Shown here in pieces: positions 41,445-51,603 of a stretch of 64,000 bases of DNA; position 1 is the first letter of the stretch, and each line of letters starts with the position of its first letter. The stretch spans positions 21,824,001 through 21,888,000 of the forward strand of contig JBHGNT010000006.1 of NCBI GenBank assembly GCA_043228905.1, read 5' to 3'. Below the pieces are notes generated by a model. That model searched no databases, had not been told where the DNA came from, and was given only the letters and a program-made list of their open reading frames with translations. Source of the DNA: Azolla caroliniana (taxonomy: Eukaryota > Plantae > Polypodiophyta). The position numbers and the translations under genes are program-made.

Positions 41445-41733
41445 ATTAGAGGATTTGCCTTGCCATCAGGTCCTCACTATAATAGTAGGGACAACAAGGG
41501 TTTTTTGCTTCAATCTACAATACTTTAAGAAACAATCAAAGAGACCCATGGCATATCAACAATGAGCATCAAAGAAGAGTCAAAGAAGCTCCACAATGAG
41601 CATTATTTGTACTCCAAGAGAAGTTGTTGTATCGTCAATTTCACATTCTTATCGAAAATGTCATCTAGGGAACATTATCACAAAGAGTATTGCAACATCT
41701 TTAGACAAATAATGTTTTAAAACAATTGTATAG

Positions 41734-42375
41734 TGTGGGAACCTTAGCTCTCCTAATTGTGCAGCGTGCCCAAATGCAATAGAATCAATCCGACATGCTC
41801 TATGGGACTGCCCAGAGTTCCATCAAATATGACAAGGGGTTTGGCCGCTTATTGCAAGTATGCCAGGTGCAAGGCTTAATCAAGTGGGGAAATATATGTT
41901 GGCTATCATGGCAGGCCCCAATTGACAGATACGAGCATCAAGAGGAGGGGATGACTTTGGTGATAAAAGCACAAGAGGTTTTTTTCTCCACCATCGACAA
42001 TGTCCACTCAACTACTATCAATGGCAAATCTCAAGTTGCGTTGGAATTGGTTAGCCCAATAACTCTTTGTATTCTATGGAAACAACAGTGTAGATGAGTC
42101 TTCTCCAACCAAACCGCGCAACCAATAGTGTTAATGCAAGAGATATGGAGTGAAGTTGTAGCCACTCTAAAGAGCCAATATGATGGCCTCAAGGGCGACT
42201 CCGTTGGAGTTGAAGACAATGACTAGCCTTCATCCAACAATAGTCATCCTCCCCCTTTATTGAGTCAGTTGGCATCCACATAAGATGAACCTATCACGTC
42301 CCTACAGGGATTTGTATATATTAATCTCATATGTAAAATTTTATAACTAATGGAAGGAATTTTTTTTGGAAAAAA
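41734..42375 (+). mobile_element. 5'-truncated L1-type LINE fragment
   Basis: Perfect 15-bp TSD AAAACAATTGTATAG at 41719-41733 and 42376-42390. CAACPNAIESIRHALWDCP zinc finger. A-tail. Confidence 0.85.
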
Positions 42376-45300
42376 AAAACAATTGTATAGATAAATCATG
42401 TTTTAGAGAGTTTGTCTAGCATTGTTTGGGTGAAAGAGGCACCTAGTAAAATATTGAAAGGAAACAATAAAAGCTTTGACCATTTTGACATTAATGTGTC
42501 TTACTATGTTATTGAAGTAGTTAATTTTCTAAGGTGATGAACCCCAAGGTACGTGTGACATTCACCGATCTCCTTGTTCTTACACCCTTAGATTTGTATC
42601 CTTTTTCAATGGCATTATTTGATTGTCCCATTGCTTTTTCTCATTCCTTTTATTTGGTAGTATTAAAAAAGATACACGTTTTTCATGTCCATTTCTCTTT
42701 CTTCGCCCATTCCTCTAGCCCCAAGGTTTTGCAAACTCATTGTTGATGAAGAGAGATAGAAAAAAGATAGAGAAAAGAAGAGGAAGAGAAGGTTATTTTA
42801 TAATATTAGAAAAACAATACAAGCTTCATAGACTCTTACTAATAACTCCACTACATAGAACTTTCTTTTTTTCTATGACACTAAACCCAAATAGACTTCC
42901 CTTCTTTCGTTCGGCTCCTACGAAAGCACTTCTCACTTCATATAGATTTTCTTCTTCTTCCTTCTTTCGTCTACTAAGCCTCTTCCCATTTCTTCTAATC
43001 TTCTTATTCTTCCTCCTCCTAACAAGCCCCTTCACACTTCTTGTAGACCTTCTATTCTTCCTCTATCTTACTTTGAGTAAGAACACAGTCTTATTTATAG
43101 GTTTTTTGTTGCTTTATTTTTTCTTTTTCTTAAACAAATATCGTCTATATGAGGCATGTTTTATTTATATTACTCGTTTTGGAAAGCTCTTCGTGTTAGA
43201 TTTCTTATGCATCTTTTCTTTTCTAATTTGGATACCGGATGAGGAAATTATAAACTTTTTTCTCTACCTAGCTCTTTATATCCACGCTTGGATTTTTGCT
43301 TTTTTTGCCTTTTTTCCCCACTTCCCTTTTTTCCTTGCTTTTTCTACTTTTGAAAAATGCCTCTAATGGTATATCCCTTCAAGTTCCTTCGTCTTTAAAC
43401 TCTTGAACCTTTCATATCGTGCTTTATTCTTATACACCTTAGTATCCAATGTATTTGCCACGGTCTTTTCTTACAAACAAAAATTGACTTCACAATTGTC
43501 ACATCATGTAGAGCATTTTAAAAGGGGGAATTGTGTATGTGTATGTGTATCCGCAATTTATAAATCAAATATTATGAATTTGACAATCTTTTAGCTTCTT
43601 AAGTTTATCCTCAAGTCTAAAAACTAAGTTTGTCCAATCCACAATGATAGAATGTGCATGTGATACCACAAAAATAAAAGTGTCATGTTCGGATAACGTC
43701 ATGAATTTATGTAATGCTTTGAGAAAAGTTGATGAGACAATGAATCTTGTCTTGATTGAGTTAACATATGATATTGTCCTCACTAGAGGCTAAGAGAGTT
43801 CAACTTTCCACAAGGATATATGAACTCCTAAACAAGTTGATGAGAGCTTTGAGCTTTTTGTCACCTAAATTATAGAACATTATTTTGAAATGGGAGAAAG
43901 GCATCTTGGGGATGGGCACATCTATGATCAACATATGTATGTCTAGCACAACAACATGAGCCTCAAAGATTAAAATTTGGGAAGTTTCTAAAATTGGAAA
44001 TGTATGCAATGTTTCAAACAAATGAGGTACTCTATGGATACATAATATACTATACGAGGGAAACTTTAACATTCTACTTTAATCCTTTTTTTCTATTGAA
44101 GTTTGAAACTTTTTTGGCTACTTGTTGCTCTCCTATGAATTTTTCACTAAAGATTTGTTGTCATTGTTTTTGTTTTGGAAATTTTTAAGAACCATATACC
44201 TACTTGAACCCTCTTTATTACTCTCTTATGTTTGCTTATCTTTTGGCAAAAGTAGGAACTAGATCAAAAGTATGTGAGCAAAATATCTTCAACTTAACAA
44301 TAGAGGTTTGATTTTTGTTGAGTGCATCACGAAATACATGAACAAATATCATTATCCTAATGTCCATGAAAAGAAAATCAATGATTCATTTGCATGCACT
44401 TAGCCAAGATAACATGTTATCATGTTAACAAACAAATGCTATGAAATTTTGCAACCGAACATTATTACAAGGTAACAATCTCGCACAAAGAACTTTACAA
44501 TAATATATAGGATGAGTTTTTCTTATGAATTAACCAAAACAAAACTCTATGAATCAATGTAAATTGCAACAAAATTTGATGGTGACTATAAAATTTGCAA
44601 CAACCATTATGACATTTGTTAACCACAATCTAACTCTAGGAATCAATGTATATTGCATCGAACATCATAATTTTAGCCTTACACAACTTTTATTCTAGAT
44701 ATGTGTTAATGGTTGCCAGAACTATACGTTCCTCCTAACTCTAGGATTGGGTCTTTGTCTCGTGCATGTATTAATCTCAATATACCTCCCTATGAAGGTC
44801 ATGATGTAGGACTAGACCCATATACCCTATTTTTAACAAGGGTAACAATAGTCATCAAGCGCTTCTAATTTTACCACAATAGCCTCTTTACTTGAATATA
44901 AGCGGATTGTCGGTTGAATACTATTCTCGAAAAGATTAAGCGTAACTGAGTTACTTATAAAAGGAGTAACATTTTCAATAAATTAAATTTTTTGAGAATC
45001 CTTATAAGAAATCATTTATAACCCTTTTAGTCAAATCATAGATTGGGAAACTCTTCGGATAATTTAATGGATGAGTTTGGTAGTCATTGTCTTTGCATGT
45101 ATATAGGATCAAGTAGACATGGGCAAAAGGCTTGTTCAATTCCTAAATGAAGGCAAGCTTTCTTCTTCGCTTTCTCCAATACATATACTTCTCTTCGAGA
45201 GTTTTAGACACATAATCAATCATCTTGACATGAGGAACCTCCACCCTAATTGGATTGCCTAGATGTTTATAAATCACCCGATGATGCACTACCTGCCTTG

Positions 45301-45377
45301 ACCACGCTCATCGTATCTCATTTAGTACACAAAATGAGAACTCATTTATGCATGGTAATCGTTAAACCCGAAGCAGT

Positions 45378-45935
45378 CTAGAGACTCATTGAATATGGAG
45401 GGGGGTTGGCCGACTATTGCAATTATGCAAGGTGCAAAGCACATTAAAGTGGGGGAATATATGCTGGTGATCATGGCAGGCCCCAATCAACAAGAGGGGA
45501 TGACTTTGGTGATAAAGGCACAAGAGATCTCATTTTCCACCATCGACAATATTCACTCAACTCCCATCAATGTCAAAGATCAAGTTGTGTTGGAATTGGT
45601 TATCCCAATAACACTATGGACTCTCTAGAAATAACGTTATAGGTGGGTCTTCTCCAATCAAACTGTCCACTAGGTGACATTATTGTAGGAATATGGAATG
45701 AAGTTGTTGCCACTCTAAAGAGCCAATATGATAGCATCATGGGTGGATACGATGGAGCTGAAAGACAATGATTAGCCATCATCCAACAATGGTCATCCTC
45801 TCCCTTTTTTGAGTCAATGGGTCTCCACATAATATGGAACTATCGAGTTCCTTTTGGGGTTTGTACATAACATTCACAGTTGTAAAACTTTTATAACTAA
45901 TGGAAGGAGATTTGTTTTTGGAAAAAATTAAAAAA
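45378..45935 (+). mobile_element. 5'-truncated L1-type LINE fragment, same family as 41734-42375
   Basis: Clear alignment to 41830-42375. Decayed TSD TAAACCCGAAGCAGT / TAAACTTGAAGCAAT (12/15). Confidence 0.8.
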
Positions 45936-46247
45936 TAAACTTGAAGCAATAACAAAAAATTCCCGTATCTCCTTAGTCATGCCAATGTTATCATGTAAAA
46001 CTCCCAACAACATGATATGACCATTTGGTAAACCTTTTGCAATGCAAGGTTTTTGTTATGGTAACCTCGATCCTAGTAAATCTTGATCCCTCATCACATT
46101 AAGAAAGTCCTAAATGAAGGCTAACATTCTCCTTTGTTATGTAAGCCAAGAAATGTTGATACACAAGTGAATATAAGAAGAAAGCTTTTCGTTTTAGATG
46201 TCTTAGAAAATTATCTTAATAATAATGATGATAAGTTCAAGCATGTT

Positions 46248-46318
46248 GCCTCTATGGCGCAATGGTAGAGCATTACTCTTGTAAAGTAAAATCTGGAATT
46301 CAATCCTCAATGAGGCCA
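46248..46318 (+). pseudogene. tRNA-Thr(UGU) pseudogene, copy 1
   Basis: Similar to copy 3 with CTTGTAA anticodon loop, but the T-arm and acceptor stem are disrupted. Confidence 0.75.
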
Positions 46319-46537
46319 TATATTAACGAGGGTATCCTAGAGTCTCTCAAAGCAACAAGTTGAAGGTTTTAAACATTGTACGATAACGTTCATATAGTTC
46401 AAATGTTAACAAGGATTTTCAGTACCTAAAACTGTTGATAACAAGTGCATATGATAAGAAATCCCTTGGTTGGTGATGGGCTTGATAATTCTACTAACAT
46501 TCATAATAATATTTAATGTTTAAAATTCAAACATATT

Positions 46538-46609
46538 GCCTCTATAGCTTAGTGGTAGAGCATTAGTCTTGTAAATTGAAGGTCTTGAGTTCAATCATTA
46601 GTGGTGTCA
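46538..46609 (+). pseudogene. tRNA-Thr(UGU) probable pseudogene, copy 2
   Basis: A and B boxes are retained; mismatches in the acceptor and T stems. Confidence 0.75.
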
Positions 46610-46804
46610 TTTGTCAACAAGATTATTTGTCAGAGTGTTTCTCAAAACAAGAAGTCGAAGGTTTTAAACATCTTACCATAACATTCATATAGTTCTGATG
46701 TTAAAGGCATGTTCAAAGCCTAAAAAATGTGCATATGGTAAGGAAGCTCTTGGTTGAAAATGAACTAGTAACATTGATAATAATATTTAAAGTCTATACA
46801 TGTT

Positions 46805-46876
46805 GCCTCTATAGCTCAGTGGTAGAGCGTCAGTCTTGTAAACTGAAGGTCTTGAGTTCAATCCTCAATGGGGGCA
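46805..46876 (+). tRNA. trnT-UGU: tRNA-Thr(UGU), potentially functional
   Basis: 72-nt cloverleaf: acceptor GCCTCTA/TGGGGGC (2 G-U pairs), D stem GCTC/GAGC, anticodon stem TCAGT/ACTGA with loop CTTGTAA, T stem TTGAG/CTCAA with loop TTCAATC. Confidence 0.85.
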
Positions 46877-46952
46877 TTTGTTAACATGTTAGAGATGGAC
46901 TCGATAATTATTCTATTAAGATTGATAATAATATTCAACTTTTAAACATATT

Positions 46953-47025
46953 GCCTTTATAGCTCAATTGTAGAGCATTAGTCTTGTAAACAAAAAGGCC
47001 TTGAGGTCAATCCTCAATGAGGGCA
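46953..47025 (+). pseudogene. tRNA-Thr(UGU) pseudogene, copy 4
   Basis: Anticodon stem and T-loop are mutated (GGTCAATC), with a 1-nt insertion. Confidence 0.75.
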
Positions 47026-47361
47026 TCACTTGTTGCGTGTTTCTCAAAACAACAAGTCGAAGGTTTTAAACATATGAAAGGAACTAACACGGAAATATTG
47101 CTCAGCCACAACAGAGTCTTCAATCACTTTAATGAGAATCAAACACAAAAATGGGAAGTAGGGAGTGAGCGCACAATGAGAGGAAACACAGAGGCATTAT
47201 TTGTTGCATGTTTCTCAAAACAACAAGTCGAAGGTTTTAAACATCTGAAAGGAACTAACACGGAAATATTGCTCAGCCACAACAGAGTCTTCAATCACTT
47301 TAATGAGAATCAAACACAGAAATGGGAAGTAGGGAGCGAGCGCACAATGAGAGGAAATACA
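47020..47361. repeat. 171-bp tandem duplication spanning the tRNA-array/LTR junction
   Basis: 47031 aligns to 47202 and 47075 aligns to 47246. Confidence 0.9.
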
Positions 47362-48707
47362 AAGTGGAAACATAGAGGCAATGGCCTCGTGCTCGCAATC
47401 TTCGCCAGACGGCGGTTACAACAGAAAGTCTCTCTCGTAGCTACTCTCTCTCTCTCTCTCTATACAACAGTTATACACATACAACAATATGTCAACAACA
47501 CTTTTCTGTGATTGCCCTAGTTCATATTTATACTCATATGAACTTAGGGCTATTTACAAATATAGCCTTAGTAGGCTTACTCAAAACATATTTAGAAATA
47601 TGTCTCTCTTCCAGTTCTCATCGGGTCCATCCGATCCGGTTTTCGGATATCTTCCGGTGCTCACTGGGTCCTCTTTAGTCATAACCGGATCCCATCCGAA
47701 GGGACCGACTTCCCAACAATCTCTCCCTTCACTCCAGCATGGGATGTCTCGTCAACCCGATCCGCTTTCGGCACATGTCCAGCTTGTCGGTTGTCAACAC
47801 CTTGGTCAGCATATTCGACCGTTCTCCTCCATGTGGATCTTCGTCAGCACAAACTCTTGATCTTCTACTCTCTCCCGGATCCAATGGTACCTCCGCTGGA
47901 TGTGCTTCGTCCGGGAATGGTATGCCGCGTTCTTTGTAAGGTGGATGACACTGTGACTATCACAGTAGAACCGGTATTCCTCCTGTCAGATCCCTAGCTC
48001 TCCGATGAAGTCCCTTATCCAGATTATCTCCTTGCCGGCTTCCACAACTGCCATGTACTCCACCTCCGTGGTTGACAACGCAACCGTCTTCTGCAGCCTC
48101 GACTGCCACGAAACAACTCATGACATATCCGGATGTAGACCGACTTGTATCCGCATTAGCCGACATATTTGAATCCTTGAATCCGTCAAGTTGAGGTTTA
48201 TCGGAGCCGAACCGGAAGCACATACTCGGGGTGCCTTTCAAATACCGGAGTACCCACTTTACCGTATTCCAGTGCTCTCTTCCAGGATTGCTCATGAACT
48301 AGCTCACCACTCCGACTGCATATCCGATATCCGGCCAAGTACATACCATTGCGTACATCAAGCTTCCGACGGTAGAGGCATATGGTATCTTCATCAATCC
48401 CATCTTCTCCAACTTTGTCCTCAGGCTTTGTTTTCCGGATAGCTTGTAGTTTGCCGAAAGTGTCGATCCGACCAATTTTGCCTCCGACATGTTGCACCGT
48501 TGAAGCACCTTTGTCACGTACTTCTCCTATGACAACCACAAAAACTTCTTCGACCAGTCCTGGATGATGTGACAGTATCTGTCTTGCCACACCCAAATCT
48601 TTCATTGAGAAGGTCCGGTTCAGAGCCTTCTTCAGCATTCCAATTTTAGTTCGGTCCGGTCCGACGATCAACATGTCATCCACATACAGAAGGAGTATCA
48701 AGAAATC
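47246..48707 (-). mobile_element. 3' part of a Ty1/copia element (3' LTR 47246-47718, PPT, RNase H and RT remnants)
   Basis: PPT reverse complement ATCTCTCCCTTCACTCC at 47719-47735. Motifs LLLYVDDMLIVG, FSMKDLG, YASTVGSLMYAMVCT and HWNTVKWVLRYL. Confidence 0.88.
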
Positions 48708-49115
48708 TGTTGAGAGACAAGCTCAACATTTGTGCGTAATACGATGCGTAACTAGTGCGTAGACTGGGTGCGTAAACTCGGTATGCATAACATGGTCGTA
48801 GCGGTGCGTAGACTGCGAGGCCGTTTGACAGATATTCCTCATGAGGAATAGTTTTGGGAGTAAGTGTCGAGGCTCATTTATGAGCAGTCAAGTACTGTCA
48901 GTACTTGTGTCAGCCCGATTGTCAGGGCTTGTATAAAAGTGCTCACTGAGCACATCCTATGTACAGATTGAGTATTATTTTTTGAATTAAGTTCTTGTGC
49001 TTACTCTCTGTCTTTCTGTCTTTCTCGTGCGTACTATGCAAACCCAAGCTTTCCATTAAACCTGCGTCTTATGTTGTTTTGTCTCCTATATTGCTTCCGC
49101 ACGACATTCTTTTCA

Positions 49116-49127
49116 TGGTATCAGAGC
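49116..49127 (+). other. PBS (tRNA-iMet)
   Basis: TGGTATCAGAGC immediately after the LTR-terminal CA. Confidence 0.9.
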
Positions 49128-49484
49128 GCGAGAGTTGAGAACCTCTGCAACCGACTTTACTTGAAGGGAAAACCAACGAAGAAGAACAACAAAACCGATG
49201 GACAGAGGCATGGCTAGCTCGCTTCCGACGGAGAAGCTCATCAGAAACAACTACGCGTCTTGTTCTTACAAGATGCACCAATACCTGCTCGGACACGATT
49301 ACTGGAGCTATCTCGATGGAGCAAATGACACAGCACCCGATTCGACACACAAAGACTTCCCAGCGTGGGAACAATCGGCGAGCAGAGTGATGTACTGTTT
49401 CGCGTCTTGTGTGGGCGAACAACTATTAAGCTACGTTCGGGATGCAAAAACGCCGAAGGGTACATGGGAAAATCTAAAGAAGAT

Positions 49485-49939
49485 TGTTACGGGCATGACC
49501 ATATAATATCCCGTGGTAAGAATTTACCGTAGTATTCTATACACGTGGATAAGTGTGAGGGTTAAATGAGAGTGTAAAGAAGGGGAGGATTACTTTTAAT
49601 CCTCGGGATTGAGACAACCCATTAGGTCAAGTGTGAACTTGCCTGGGGGCCTTGGGTTTCGCTATAAATAAGAGGCCTAGCTACCCTCATTTGATCATCT
49701 TTTGACTATATCGAGACTCTGCTCGTGTGGTGGGTCAACTCTTGTAGCGAGCGCGCCAGCACCAGGTACGACTCGACGCCACGGCGGTGGTATGGGACGC
49801 CGATCGAGGCTCGAGTCCGTCTCGATCCCTTCGCTCGGGGGTGGTCGGGTGGATCGACACCCTTCTTTCTCTTTCTCCTTTCTATCTTTCATTTCTTTAT
49901 CCTTATCTTAAGCTTACTTTAGTACCTAGATCTATAATA
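49485..49939 (+). repeat. Gypsy 5' LTR (TATA at 49663-49670)
   Basis: Direct repeat of 56024-56478. Confidence 0.95.
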
Positions 49940-50196
49940 TTTGGTATCAGATTTGTGTACTAATGTTTCTTTGTTTTTCATTTGTCTTTTGATTGATGCT
50001 GATCGATCGTTGTGCGGTTGGCCTTGATCCAGACAACGATCAACAAAGAACTTCGGTAACTCTTTCCATAATTTTTCTTTCTATTCTCTCTTCTCCCATC
50101 TAATCATGTGTTTAGTTTATATGTAATTTTTTTCATTAAGTCAATGATGTTGTAGTGGTCTTTAATTGATTATCTAAAACGTTTACATATGTGCAC

Positions 50197-50420
50197 GAGG
50201 TCAATACCTCGTTTGACATATTAATAATATGTGATGAGTGTCGTATGCGTACGAGGTTAATACCTCAATTATGTATTACGTTTGCGTATGAGTTTAATAC
50301 CTTGATTTGTTGTAAACGATATGCGTTTGGTCTCGTATGCGTAAGAGGTCAATACCTCCATTGCGTATTACGATGATCTCTTATTTGTGGATGTTTCGTG
50401 TGCGTAGAGGTATATACCTC
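50197..50420 (+). repeat. Five GAGGT-N4-ACCTC hairpin repeats in the gypsy leader
   Basis: Copies at 50197, 50253, 50290 (degenerate), 50345 and 50407. Confidence 0.8.
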
Positions 50421-51603
50421 GATTACGTATCTCGATCACATCATTTGTGGCTATTTACTATAACGATATGTTTAATATAGGCATATGTGGTCACATATAT
50501 AAGTATTTGATCGTATATATGTGATAAGTAAACATATGTGTATATTCGTTATTACGTGATTATATCGAAAGTTGTCATGGTCGGGAAAAGGATGTTGGTG
50601 GCCGTCCTCACATTTTTGTGAGAATGGCGTTGTCACCATCCCTTTTTCAACATTTTTTTATTGTTGATAACCCCGTTGACGACCTCGATTTCGTTACGTA
50701 AAGAAACGCCAATAGCCAAAATGATGTTGAGTACGTAGGGCTTGACCCACTTCAAGTGAGGTCGCTCCAATGACGCACGTATCCAACATCCCTCCCTCGT
50801 TACATGGATACGATGCCACCATGAGCTCGTTCTTACGAGAGGCATTCGTAATGACGTGACCATGTGATGGCCCACGTGAGCCTACAACGAAACAAGGGCT
50901 CATTTGGCTTGACCATTAGGTTGCACTTTGGCGTATGCCATCGTAATTACGAGACTTGAGGTTAGGTAACGTACCAACATAGTTTTGGTAAATGAGGGCG
51001 CAATAAGGACCCTTGACATATATGTTCTTTTAAAAAACCATATATGATCAATTGCCTCGCATATCTCTTATACGCATCAAACATTAAGCATTCGAGAAGC
51101 TTACTTGGTTGGCTTAAGTGTTTAATGTATTTGTTCTCGAGGTCTCGAGTTCAAATATGACCAAGACCATACAACATCCTTGATACATATGACTATAACA
51201 CATGTTTAGACTTAAGGTCTAAGTGCACCTCGGGGTCCTCGTAATAGGACTTAAAGAGCCGAAACCACATATGTGGGCACCGAAACATAGTTTATTATTA
51301 ACATTTTTTTCGTGTATAAACTATTCATGACGCGAACATACATGGTTGAGCCTCGGGGAGCCACCATGAAAAAATCGATATAGAGATCAGGGAAAGACAT
51401 TTATTTGTCACCCCCATGGTTTTTAAAACACCTTTGTGTTACCATAGTAACCTGATCTTGAACCTCATCTCATACGTCTAGAGGGGTATTGACGTGAGAT
51501 AATGATATCGATTAATGCTCGCCCATGATATGTTTACATCCCGACATGATGTTATGACTATATCTCTGACCTTATCCTATTTCTTTTCCAGAAATAATCT
51601 TTA

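Larger units (their letters stand above)
46140..47074 (+). repeat. Tandem array of tRNA-Thr-containing units (periods 290, 267 and 148 bp)
   Basis: Spacer motifs such as TCTCAAA..CAAG..GAAGGTTTTAAACAT recur between the tRNA copies. Confidence 0.85.

Noticed and set aside
42740-43366. 208-aa Phe/Leu-rich 'membrane protein' ORF
   Set aside because: Produced by pyrimidine-rich low-complexity sequence, with no recognisable motif.
47017-47511. 164-aa ORF with an internal 57-aa repeat
   Set aside because: Artefact of the 171-bp (in-frame) junction duplication of non-coding sequence.
50197-50420. Mini CRISPR-like array
   Set aside because: The repeats are only 14-25 bp, degenerate and inside a retrotransposon leader; better explained as RNA stem-loops.
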